Source: a virus. Taken from it: a DNA stretch of 64,000 nucleotides. The position numbers and the translations under genes are program-made. The stretch covers positions 52,753 through 116,752 of the IMG/VR virus record IMGVR_UViG_3300033148_002122, one strand, 5' to 3'. The notes beneath the pieces are model-generated. The model searched no databases, had not been told where the DNA came from, and saw only the letters and a list, made by a program, of their open reading frames with translations. Shown here piece after piece: positions 47,678-55,493 of the stretch. Each line of letters starts with the position of its first letter. The first letter of the stretch is position 1.

Positions 47678-48787
47678 TTACTCCTCTGGTATTCCTGTGC
47701 TTGTATTTACATTGACTGAAACGTAGTCTATTCCTTCATAGTGTAGATCCTTGGCACTAAACTCTCCTGGTACTAACTGGGATGCATACCTTGTGCCAAG
47801 TCCGTACTCATTCTGTGCAATATCCAAGAATGTGTTAAGCCATAGATAGTCACCTCTGTAGCTTCTCTCGTAGTTTATCACATCTGCTAGCACGTTGTCA
47901 AGAGAAAACGCATCACGCGAGAACATTAACGAACTCCATTCACCACCAGGAAACAAATCTTGGTACTGATAGGGTTCAAACTCATGGTATTCTTTAAGAT
48001 ATGTGTGCAACGCTGCCTCACAAATACATAGTTTTTCCCTGCTTTTAATTTCTGATAGGGATGAGAGATGAGCTATCTGTCTGTGCCTATCAATATGTAA
48101 GGACGAAGGAGTTTTAATTGTACCAAAGTGATTTTTCATAGCCCCTGTTATATAATCAGAGTGGCCTTTCATTAGATTTAGATTAATAAGATGATCAGCT
48201 TCCACTAAGTGTGTGGGTAGATACTGTATAGATCCGTTAGGAAATAAAATAGGCTGAGTATCCCAATGGGTTTCATTCTTGGTAATATATTCTACGCCAG
48301 GGTGTAGCAGTTCCCAAGGTGCTTGCCAAAAGCTTGCAATGTTTCTAACGGAGTCGTATACTTTAATGTTTTCTGGATCAACACCAAGGTCATTAATCAG
48401 TGATGATACAACAATGGAAGTCATTGTTACGGAAGTGTTTGGAAGGTGTTCTTCATAACAATTATGGTTAAGCTTTACCACAATCTTATCAAATGGTTGA
48501 TACCCAGTTAGTGCGTTCATCCATGCAGATCCTACATCAGTTTCTTCCGTTAGCTCCAGCATTCCACGATTAAAACTACGCAGCATTTGCCAATCATCAA
48601 TATAGTCTGACCACACACCTGTTGTGTAGTCCCAGGAATTCATTTCTGAATTGTATACTCTTACAACTCTGTTTGGGATTGGATTTGACACCACAAGGTT
48701 ATTCCTTGAGTCTTTACCTGCTGGGAATTTACACCCAACTAGTAAAGCAGCCAAACCAGTTATAAATTCTCTTCTTGTTGGTGTCAT
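47678..48787 (-). CDS. Tat-exported DUF362-like protein
   Basis: TRREF twin-arginine signal; IVVKLN, ADHLINLNLMKGH...TGAMKNHFG. Confidence 0.75.
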   Translation of the reverse strand: MTPTRREFITGLAALLVGCKFPAGKDSRNNLVVSNPIPNRVVRVYNSEMNSWDYTTGVWSDYIDDWQMLRSFNRGMLELTEETDVGSAWMNALTGYQPFDKIVVKLNHNCYEEHLPNTSVTMTSIVVSSLINDLGVDPENIKVYDSVRNIASFWQAPWELLHPGVEYITKNETHWDTQPILFPNGSIQYLPTHLVEADHLINLNLMKGHSDYITGAMKNHFGTIKTPSSLHIDRHRQIAHLSSLSEIKSREKLCICEAALHTYLKEYHEFEPYQYQDLFPGGEWSSLMFSRDAFSLDNVLADVINYERSYRGDYLWLNTFLDIAQNEYGLGTRYASQLVPGEFSAKDLHYEGIDYVSVNVNTSTGIPEE

Positions 48788-48793
48788 GTTTTC

Positions 48794-48937
48794 CTAGTCT
48801 TTAAATGGACTTTCTGTAGGTGAGTCATAGTAGTCTTGACAGTTATCAAGGTTTGTTAGGTAACAGCCTGCTATAATACCCATTAGTATTAATAGTGCTG
48901 TAGTTGTTAACGCCTGTCTTTCTTCTTTTTTATTCAT
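48794..48937 (-). CDS. Small lipoprotein (47 aa, not in the ORF track)
   Basis: MNKKEERQALTTTALLILMGIIAGC lipobox. Confidence 0.45.
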   Translation of the reverse strand: MNKKEERQALTTTALLILMGIIAGCYLTNLDNCQDYYDSPTESPFKD

Positions 48938-49131
48938 TAGTATTTTCTTTTAACTTTTCTCCACACCAACCACAGTAGTCTTGCCATTCTCCTAGGTAGG
49001 ATAGTCCATGAATGCAGGCTATATTAAATACGGCATTCATTTTAGGACTATTGTTCTTATACTTTTCACACGTACACACTCTTTCTGCGCGGTCTAGTCT
49101 TTTACTCACGCTATCCCCTTTACTCTGTAGG

Positions 49132-49212
49132 TACGCCGGAAGGGATTCGAACCCTTACACCCTAGGGCACGGGAACCTAAATCCCGCATGTCTACCGTTC
49201 CATCACCAGCGC
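49132..49212 (-). tRNA. tRNA-Leu(UAG)
   Basis: CGGGA-TTTAGGT-TCCCG anticodon arm; variable arm; GGTTCGAATCC. Confidence 0.9.
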
Positions 49213-49216
49213 ATAG

Positions 49217-49420
49217 TCATTCAGTATCAACTATCTGATTTGTATTACTGTCAAGATAGGCAAACACTTTTTGCCACCGTTTCCCACTCCACATCTTTTT
49301 CTGCTTATTACTCATTGGAGTAGGAATACCGTTCTCACAGTGTTCATCCTCTATATGATTGTGTACCCATTTCTTGGATTTTTTACTCCATGTTCTCCAC
49401 ACAGTAATAGGGTATTTCAT
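49217..49420 (-). CDS. Hypothetical protein
   Basis: GGAGGAG RBS. Confidence 0.5.
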   Translation of the reverse strand: MKYPITVWRTWSKKSKKWVHNHIEDEHCENGIPTPMSNKQKKMWSGKRWQKVFAYLDSNTNQIVDTE

Positions 49421-49562
49421 ACGGATCTCCTCCCCATAACGCCTTTGACTTTCCGGCCATTCTTACCAGCCTAATTCTAGGGCTAAGAAATAGCACAAAC
49501 CATCGGCACCAAATAACTTGTTTAGAAAAATACCAATTCAATTTAATTTCCTTGTTTAATTA

Positions 49563-49713
49563 ACCCTCTGACCGGATTCCCCACCCGGCTCCTTGGTTTC
49601 TGTTACTTACACCATTTTTCAAACGTTACGACAGTCCACGTTGTGTATTGTGGTTTTTTATAACAGCATACCCTTCGTCATACTCAACTCAGTGCTGCCA
49701 CACCGCAGAGGGC
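49563..49713 (-). ncRNA. Candidate tRNA-like ncRNA directly 3' of tRNA-Ala
   Basis: GCCCTCTG/CAGAGGGT terminal stem, D-arm-like and T-arm-like hairpins, long middle segment. Confidence 0.45.
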
Positions 49714-49717
49714 TAGG

Positions 49718-49788
49718 TGGAGTCTAGGGGAATCGAACCCCTATTCCTGGTTTGCAGGACCAGCGTTCTACCTTTGAATTAAGACCCC
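49718..49788 (-). tRNA. tRNA-Ala(UGC)
   Basis: G3:U70 in GGGGTCT/AGACTCC; CTGGT-CCTGCAA-ACCAG (unusual C33); GGTTCGATTCC. Confidence 0.82.
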
Positions 49789-50186
49789 TGCACACTCCTA
49801 ATATAAACATGTCCACCAACTGCTTCAATCAGTTTAGTAAATTCATCCACTGTAGTCCCTGCCTTTATTGCACTACTTGTGTCTAGCCACGAATGAGGCT
49901 TAAGCCAAGCCACGGCTCCTTTATTGATATCCTCAACAGAGTATACTGAGTTTCCACCAGTTGCCAGATCAGCAGGAGTATCAAACGGACCATCCCAGCC
50001 TATTTTTATGATCGTATCACTGGGTGGTCTATTATAGGGAGAACCTGCATTATGCTCATACGGTGCGTCATTCCAGTCATCACCCCACTGATCCTCAAGT
50101 TTTCCTGTTGTAAAGTATGCCCAGCAGCCTTCAACGTAGCACAGAATGTATTTTGGTAGTTTTTTTGGTATGTAACTTTGTCCCAT
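49779..50186 (-). CDS. Conserved phage protein (QWGDDWNDAPYEHNAG motif)
   Basis: Distinctive motif; GAGG RBS. Confidence 0.65.
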   Translation of the reverse strand: MGQSYIPKKLPKYILCYVEGCWAYFTTGKLEDQWGDDWNDAPYEHNAGSPYNRPPSDTIIKIGWDGPFDTPADLATGGNSVYSVEDINKGAVAWLKPHSWLDTSSAIKAGTTVDEFTKLIEAVGGHVYIRSVQGS

Positions 50187-50202
50187 ATCTTCCTCTCTTA
50201 TT

Positions 50203-50279
50203 TGGTACGCTTGAAGGGATTTGAACCCTTAGCCTACGGCTTAGAAGGCCGTTGCTCTATCCTGTTGAGCTACAAGCGC
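50203..50279 (-). tRNA. tRNA-Arg(UCU)
   Basis: ACGGC-CTTCTAA-GCCGT anticodon arm; encoded CCA. Confidence 0.92.
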
Positions 50280-50287
50280 ATACTAGG

Positions 50288-50370
50288 TAGGGCTGGAGGG
50301 ATTCGAACCCTCAATCCATTATGGCATTCGATCTTAAATCGAATGTGTATGCCAATTCCACCACAGCCCC
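50288..50370 (-). tRNA. tRNA-Leu(UAA)
   Basis: TTCGA-TTTAAGA-TCGAA anticodon arm; variable arm; GGTTCGAATCC. Confidence 0.9.
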
Positions 50371-50481
50371 TTAAATTAATAAAAATTCTTCGTATCCATT
50401 AGATAGTTAAATGCGTATATATAGAAAGGGCATACTCAATTGCCTAGTAGTAGTGTACACCCTTAAGTAAAGGATGTCAAG

Positions 50482-50955
50482 ATGATACTTAGGAAATATA
50501 CAGAAAACCAACTACGTCAGGCTTGTTCTGATGCTACATCTATTAGAAATGTTTTAATTATACTAAATGTAGCACCTTATGGTGGTAATTATAAGACGTT
50601 TAAAAAAGCTATTAAATATTTTAGTATTGATACCTCACACTTTACTGGCTTATCTAGTAATAGAGGAAGATCATTTGGACACAGGCGACCAGTTGAAGAT
50701 TATCTCAGTAATAAGGTTAGTATTAAATCTTTTAGTTTAAAGCGTAGATTAATACTCGAAAATATATTTGATGCTACCTGTTCCAACTGTAACAACTCGA
50801 CTTGGTTGAATAATCCAATCCCTTTAGAGCTAGACCATATAAATGGAAACAATTTAGATAACTCTTTAGAAAATATACGCTTGTTGTGTCCAAACTGTCA
50901 TGCATTAACACCAACTTACCGTGGTAAAAATCAAAAACGTTCTAAAAGAAGCTAA
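50482..50955 (+). CDS. Free-standing HNH endonuclease
   Basis: CSNC...LELDHINGNNLDNSLENIRLLCPNCH; the only credible + strand gene in this region; lies inside the tRNA cluster. Confidence 0.9.
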   Translation: MILRKYTENQLRQACSDATSIRNVLIILNVAPYGGNYKTFKKAIKYFSIDTSHFTGLSSNRGRSFGHRRPVEDYLSNKVSIKSFSLKRRLILENIFDATCSNCNNSTWLNNPIPLELDHINGNNLDNSLENIRLLCPNCHALTPTYRGKNQKRSKRS

Positions 50956-51027
50956 CGGGAGGAGGTGTATACCCTTCCACCACTCCCCCATATACTAGAT
51001 AGATAAGGTTATGATTTCGTCTTCTCC

Positions 51028-51246
51028 TTATGGCGCAATTCCTGTGTCCCACTCGTACATTTTATCCCCATTGTCATCAACAGGTTCTTCATAGAGTTCA
51101 ATGGTGTTGGCATACTCATCACCCATTAAAATCCTTAGAGTTTGATCAAGAACCCACTGTTTATGGTGTCCTCCGTCAGTTCCTCCATAGTTAAGAATAA
51201 TTTCTACTGCTTTTAGAATTCTATTTCCAGTATTCATACTCATCAA
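51028..51246 (-). CDS. Conserved phage protein
   Basis: 'YGGTDGGHHKQWVLDQ...WDTGIAP'. Confidence 0.65.
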   Translation of the reverse strand: MMSMNTGNRILKAVEIILNYGGTDGGHHKQWVLDQTLRILMGDEYANTIELYEEPVDDNGDKMYEWDTGIAP

Positions 51247-51257
51247 CCACCTGTCTT

Positions 51258-51536
51258 TTAATCTGCTGTAGAATCTTTAGTATTATATCCAAACCATTTT
51301 TTATACATACTAGTTAGTAATTCATGTCTCTTACACGATTCACTAAAAGAAAGTGGAATTACTGCGTCAACACCACACATAGGGCACAACGCTGTTGTCT
51401 CACGGTCTATCCACTCCTTGATTTTACTTTGGTCAAACGTATCGCAACAATGGTAACATCCACACACGCTTGCATGTTCTAGAAGCATACGATGTCCACT
51501 ACTGAGATCTGCCAATCCCAAGAACTCATGTCTCAT
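51258..51536 (-). CDS. Conserved Cys4 small protein
   Basis: CGCYHC...EWID..TALCPMCGVDAVI. Confidence 0.65.
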   Translation of the reverse strand: MRHEFLGLADLSSGHRMLLEHASVCGCYHCCDTFDQSKIKEWIDRETTALCPMCGVDAVIPLSFSESCKRHELLTSMYKKWFGYNTKDSTAD

Positions 51537-51561
51537 AAACCACCTGTCCTTTCATTCTAGG

Positions 51562-51632
51562 AGCTAACGAGAGGATTCGAACCTCCATCAAGCGGGTACA
51601 AACCACTTATTCTGCCGTTGAACTACGCCAGC
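51562..51632 (-). tRNA. tRNA-Thr(UGU)
   Basis: AGTGG-TTTGTAC-CCGCT anticodon arm; GGTTCGAATCC. Confidence 0.85.
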
Positions 51633-51735
51633 ACTGGGGAGTATAGGCCACTCCCCTTTGTTTGTCAACCCAAAATCCTGTTTTAATTTTTTTACAAAAC
51701 TTTAAGTCATTGAGGAGTTTCAGATCCGAAACTCC

Positions 51736-51802
51736 GTAGTAATTAGGCTAATTTCACTGTTTTTGTAGTAATTAGGCTAATTTCACTGTTTTTGTAGTAA
51801 TT
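51736..51802. repeat. 29-nt tandem duplication (about 2.3 copies)
   Basis: gtagtaattaggctaatttcactgttttt twice, then gtagtaatt. Confidence 0.9.
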
Positions 51803-52778
51803 TATAATAATTCGGCCAATTACGGGGGTCAGCCCATTTACTATTAATTGGGTATTGATATATACTTCCTCCCTGGTCGGGTGTAACTAGATACCCAAGA
51901 CTTACCCCTATTAAGCCATTACTCTGTGCGGCAATACGAGTTGCCTTCTTAAGATTTTCTAGTCCTTCTGGTGTTATGTTTCCTTGTGCATCTAGACCAA
52001 CAATACCAATAATATGCTGTTGTCCATCAAATAAATATCTGTCAGGATCTGTAATAAGGGTGTCACCATTTTCATTAACTACACCCACTAGACGATCCCA
52101 TGTATACCATTGATACCCAGCTTTTTCGTGGAATTTAACTGAACTAGGTAACACGGATCCAGTTCCATTAAACATAGCAATTCCATCTTTTCCTTTTTTC
52201 TTATAGACTTCGTAAACAACCTGTTCTTCTGCCTTCTTCATTTCCTTGGTCATCCACGCTATATTCGGATAGAAGGGCCAGCAAGTCTTAGCCACTACTA
52301 GTTCTTCCGGCGAATTTATCCAATGAGAACGATTAAAACTCCAGTCATCACAGAATGCTCCCAAAACTCCTAAATCCATGACGGTATAAATATAGGATCC
52401 AAATCTTTTATGCATTTCAGCATCCCAGGGATACAGGAAGAAAGATCTACCTGTAGTCCATTCAATTGGGTACTCAGGATACCCTAAGTCACCGGGACTG
52501 GGGTGCCAGTGTTCTGACCGTCCACTATACGCACTTGAGGCGTAGATGTCAAGGTACAGGATTGTTTTTTCATACAATTCTTCAGGAAGTTTAGCCCACC
52601 CAGAATGTCCAACCTCAATGATGTCGTATTGATTTAAGACTTCCATATCTAACTGATCGGTGTTGCTTTGATGCAACAAAATCATTGTTGTATACAACGC
52701 TGCGTCATGTTGAGGTATACAGTTCGATCCTAACACAAGGAGTGTCAGAAGAGCAAGTATACATGCAAATTTGTTCAT
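51783..52778 (-). CDS. Exported (possibly lipoprotein) TIM-barrel glycoside-hydrolase-like protein, paralogous to the internal domain of 6548..11683
   Basis: Signal peptide ending LGSNC; GAFCDD; shared motifs listed in findings. Confidence 0.55.
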   Translation of the reverse strand: MNKFACILALLTLLVLGSNCIPQHDAALYTTMILLHQSNTDQLDMEVLNQYDIIEVGHSGWAKLPEELYEKTILYLDIYASSAYSGRSEHWHPSPGDLGYPEYPIEWTTGRSFFLYPWDAEMHKRFGSYIYTVMDLGVLGAFCDDWSFNRSHWINSPEELVVAKTCWPFYPNIAWMTKEMKKAEEQVVYEVYKKKGKDGIAMFNGTGSVLPSSVKFHEKAGYQWYTWDRLVGVVNENGDTLITDPDRYLFDGQQHIIGIVGLDAQGNITPEGLENLKKATRIAAQSNGLIGVSLGYLVTPDQGGSIYQYPINSKWADPRNWPNYYKLLQKQ

Positions 52779-52796
52779 TTTATCCTCTTACTTTGG

Positions 52797-55145
52797 TTAT
52801 TTAAGGAAGTCTTCAAGATGATCAATCATACCCAGAAGAGTTGCGAGTGCAGGAGAATGACCCTCAATTTTACTTGTTTCCACAATCATCCAGTATCCAC
52901 TTAGGTCTGATGTGAGGGTATATAACCCGTTCTCTGTTGGGTGCCCTGACTCGATAAGTTTACCCTGATTGTATACTGAGTACTCTGTTGCAGGATTAAG
53001 GTTTGCGATAACGTGGTTCAAACTGCCTTCAACATCCTCCAGTTTGTACGAAGCACTTGCGGCAGACTCTCTATCCTTCAAGAATGAGAACACAGTGTTA
53101 TTCGCAAGCGTAACAACTCTAGTAGAGGTGCCTTTTATACTAACTACCTGAACTTTCTCGTCTCCTACATTTCCTGGCTGAAGTACTGTTGTAAAGAAGT
53201 TATCTGTCTGCTTGCCTTCTGTTCGGTATTCAAGTCTCCAGTTTCCACCCAGGTCGTTGTGGCTGTTAGGGTAGGGATCCCAGTTTACACCATTTACCCA
53301 GTACTCGTATCCAGGTCCACCTATCTTTTCTACACTAGTACCACTTGGAGACAGAACTGATATCCAGATCTGTCCGTTGTCTCCCTCAACTAGATAGCCC
53401 CCTTCTTGTGGGGTTGGCTCCCAGATCGAATGGTAGGTAATGTAGGTGTCGTAGTCCTCATTGGTAGTAACTACACGGTCAAATAGTACTATTAGACCGT
53501 CTGTGTGTGCTACTTCTCTCTCTACTACCTCCACCTTTGGTTGGTAGAACGCACCATATCCGTTTAGTTTGTTTTCAGGATAGGCGTCTTCCCACCCAAT
53601 GTTCATGTACGAATTCGTGTTGTTGGACAGGATATAGACTAAATCGTTTGTTTCTGATAGTTCTACAATATCTGCCGCATCGTGAAGATACTTTGGAAAT
53701 GTGTTTTCAATTTCGGTTGGAATCCAGCCATCAATTGGAGCATCTTCTAGAGTGTATTTGTAGCCCAGTCGTTGACCACCAGAGTTCTGGTACGTGGGAA
53801 CTGCCATATCCAACTGGTTCCATCCGTAGATTTCAAGCGTATCCTTCACCAGTGCTGTATTGTGGCCAATGGTTGCTTGATGGTAATTCAGAATATTGAT
53901 ACCGCCGCCACCATCGTATAGACCAGCATCTATAATAAGGCCATCACCATTCCAAGACACAAAAATGTTTCCATTATCATAGTGGTTTTGGTTGAACCAG
54001 ACTTGATTACCTGATCTAAACGTCCAGTAGAGTTCTGGTGGAGCCTGTGTATTATAGTCCGATCTATAAACGTATACCCCAGGCCATTCAGACAAGTATC
54101 CAAGAGGAAGATCAATATCCATTTCTTCTATCGAATAGTCTTTGAAGAGAAGTCCCCAATAAGAAAAATACCTGTCATCTCTGGCTGGATACCTATAGGC
54201 ACCAGGAGCTTCCGAAAACCATCGCTGGATCATCTTGGCTTCGTCTGAGTCTGGGAATCTTTCTTGAAGCATAAGACTTGTTAGAGCATCGTTATAGAAA
54301 TACCCGCCTCTTTTCTGTGCGTTGTGCCCGTGTTCTGTCCTATGGATATAGTCAGGATCATAGTACACTTGATGCAAGAACGCTTTCATCATGTTCTTTA
54401 CATAAGGAGCCTCATCAAATGTGTTTTTCCCGTATGCGTCTTCTGCTGCGATCATGTAGACTAAAGTGTTTTTCAGTGTACCAGAACCATAGTCGTTACC
54501 GCTTGGAAGGATTCCGTCTTTCCAAGTGGCTAGTGCGTCAGGTCCATAACCAAATAGAAATCTTGTTCTCTTCCAGCGTTCTTCTCCGCTTTCAATATAG
54601 ATATTAGCATCAGGGTTTTCTCCAGCAGTTGCCATACCCCAGAGAGGGGCACCCCAGATGGCCTTCTGATGACCGTTCATGTAAGGAACCGTCATGTAGT
54701 AATCCCAATCTTTCTGTTCAATCTCTGATGTCCAGGCAACTATGTCGGCCTTGATCAGATCGAATTCAGGGAAACCACTTAGCCAGTCATAGCATAAAGC
54801 CCATTTGTTGAAAAAAGGACCAGCGTTATTGAAGGTAACAGATACAGGACCAGAGCTAACATAGTCACTCAGGATGAGTACAGCCTCTAAGGCCGCATCT
54901 GTGTCATTGGTTAATCTGTACAGCATGGCCTTGGCAACAGCGCCGTCAATACTATTTCTGTCAGCACATCTCTGTACTTGTCTCCATTCGTAGGAATCCC
55001 CAGCAATGTGTTGTGTTTGAATCCTCTCGATTCTTTCCGGTGTAAGGAATAAACGAGGATGCGGGTTAAACGTTTGAGTTTGTGCTACGGAAGTAATTCC
55101 AATAAGGAATGCCGCCCCAACTATAAATAATTTTAAAAATTTCAT
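52797..55145 (-). CDS. Secreted heparinase II/III-like polysaccharide lyase
   Basis: Sec signal; HPRLFLT N-terminus; alpha-helical domain; 'HYDNGNIF...LIIDAGLY...TIGHNTALV'. Confidence 0.72.
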   Translation of the reverse strand: MKFLKLFIVGAAFLIGITSVAQTQTFNPHPRLFLTPERIERIQTQHIAGDSYEWRQVQRCADRNSIDGAVAKAMLYRLTNDTDAALEAVLILSDYVSSGPVSVTFNNAGPFFNKWALCYDWLSGFPEFDLIKADIVAWTSEIEQKDWDYYMTVPYMNGHQKAIWGAPLWGMATAGENPDANIYIESGEERWKRTRFLFGYGPDALATWKDGILPSGNDYGSGTLKNTLVYMIAAEDAYGKNTFDEAPYVKNMMKAFLHQVYYDPDYIHRTEHGHNAQKRGGYFYNDALTSLMLQERFPDSDEAKMIQRWFSEAPGAYRYPARDDRYFSYWGLLFKDYSIEEMDIDLPLGYLSEWPGVYVYRSDYNTQAPPELYWTFRSGNQVWFNQNHYDNGNIFVSWNGDGLIIDAGLYDGGGGINILNYHQATIGHNTALVKDTLEIYGWNQLDMAVPTYQNSGGQRLGYKYTLEDAPIDGWIPTEIENTFPKYLHDAADIVELSETNDLVYILSNNTNSYMNIGWEDAYPENKLNGYGAFYQPKVEVVEREVAHTDGLIVLFDRVVTTNEDYDTYITYHSIWEPTPQEGGYLVEGDNGQIWISVLSPSGTSVEKIGGPGYEYWVNGVNWDPYPNSHNDLGGNWRLEYRTEGKQTDNFFTTVLQPGNVGDEKVQVVSIKGTSTRVVTLANNTVFSFLKDRESAASASYKLEDVEGSLNHVIANLNPATEYSVYNQGKLIESGHPTENGLYTLTSDLSGYWMIVETSKIEGHSPALATLLGMIDHLEDFLK

Positions 55146-55153
55146 ATATTCTC

Positions 55154-55492
55154 CTAATCTATTTTAGCTAAAGTGTTTAAGAATTGTGGTTCACCCTCAA
55201 AGATTTCTACACACTCAACTATCATTGCCCAAACCACAAAGCCATAAGTAGGATGATTCACAATACATGAATCGTTATCATCAAACCACTCAGGTAGTTT
55301 TCGTATTGCTGATGTTAAATTTTCTGCCGTAACAAAGATGTTATACTCGTTGCTATAGAGATGACTAGCTGTTTCTTGTATATGCTCACTTAACCATTCT
55401 TCGGTTACGTTATTTTTTTCCAAATGTTTTAATTCTTTTAATTTGTTTTTTGATTTATCCCAATCGGGTACAAATGTTACCTTGAATAACAT
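55154..55492 (-). CDS. Hypothetical protein
   Basis: GGAGG RBS. Confidence 0.55.
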   Translation of the reverse strand: MLFKVTFVPDWDKSKNKLKELKHLEKNNVTEEWLSEHIQETASHLYSNEYNIFVTAENLTSAIRKLPEWFDDNDSCIVNHPTYGFVVWAMIVECVEIFEGEPQFLNTLAKID

Positions 55493-55493
55493 A

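Noticed and set aside
49718-49788. Reading this tRNA as Cys(GCA) from the CTGCAAA string
   Set aside because: The stem CTGGT/ACCAG centres TGC, and G3:U70 with an A discriminator indicates Ala.
49012-50402. + strand ORFs 49012..49323 and 50178..50402
   Set aside because: They are translations of antisense tRNA genes.
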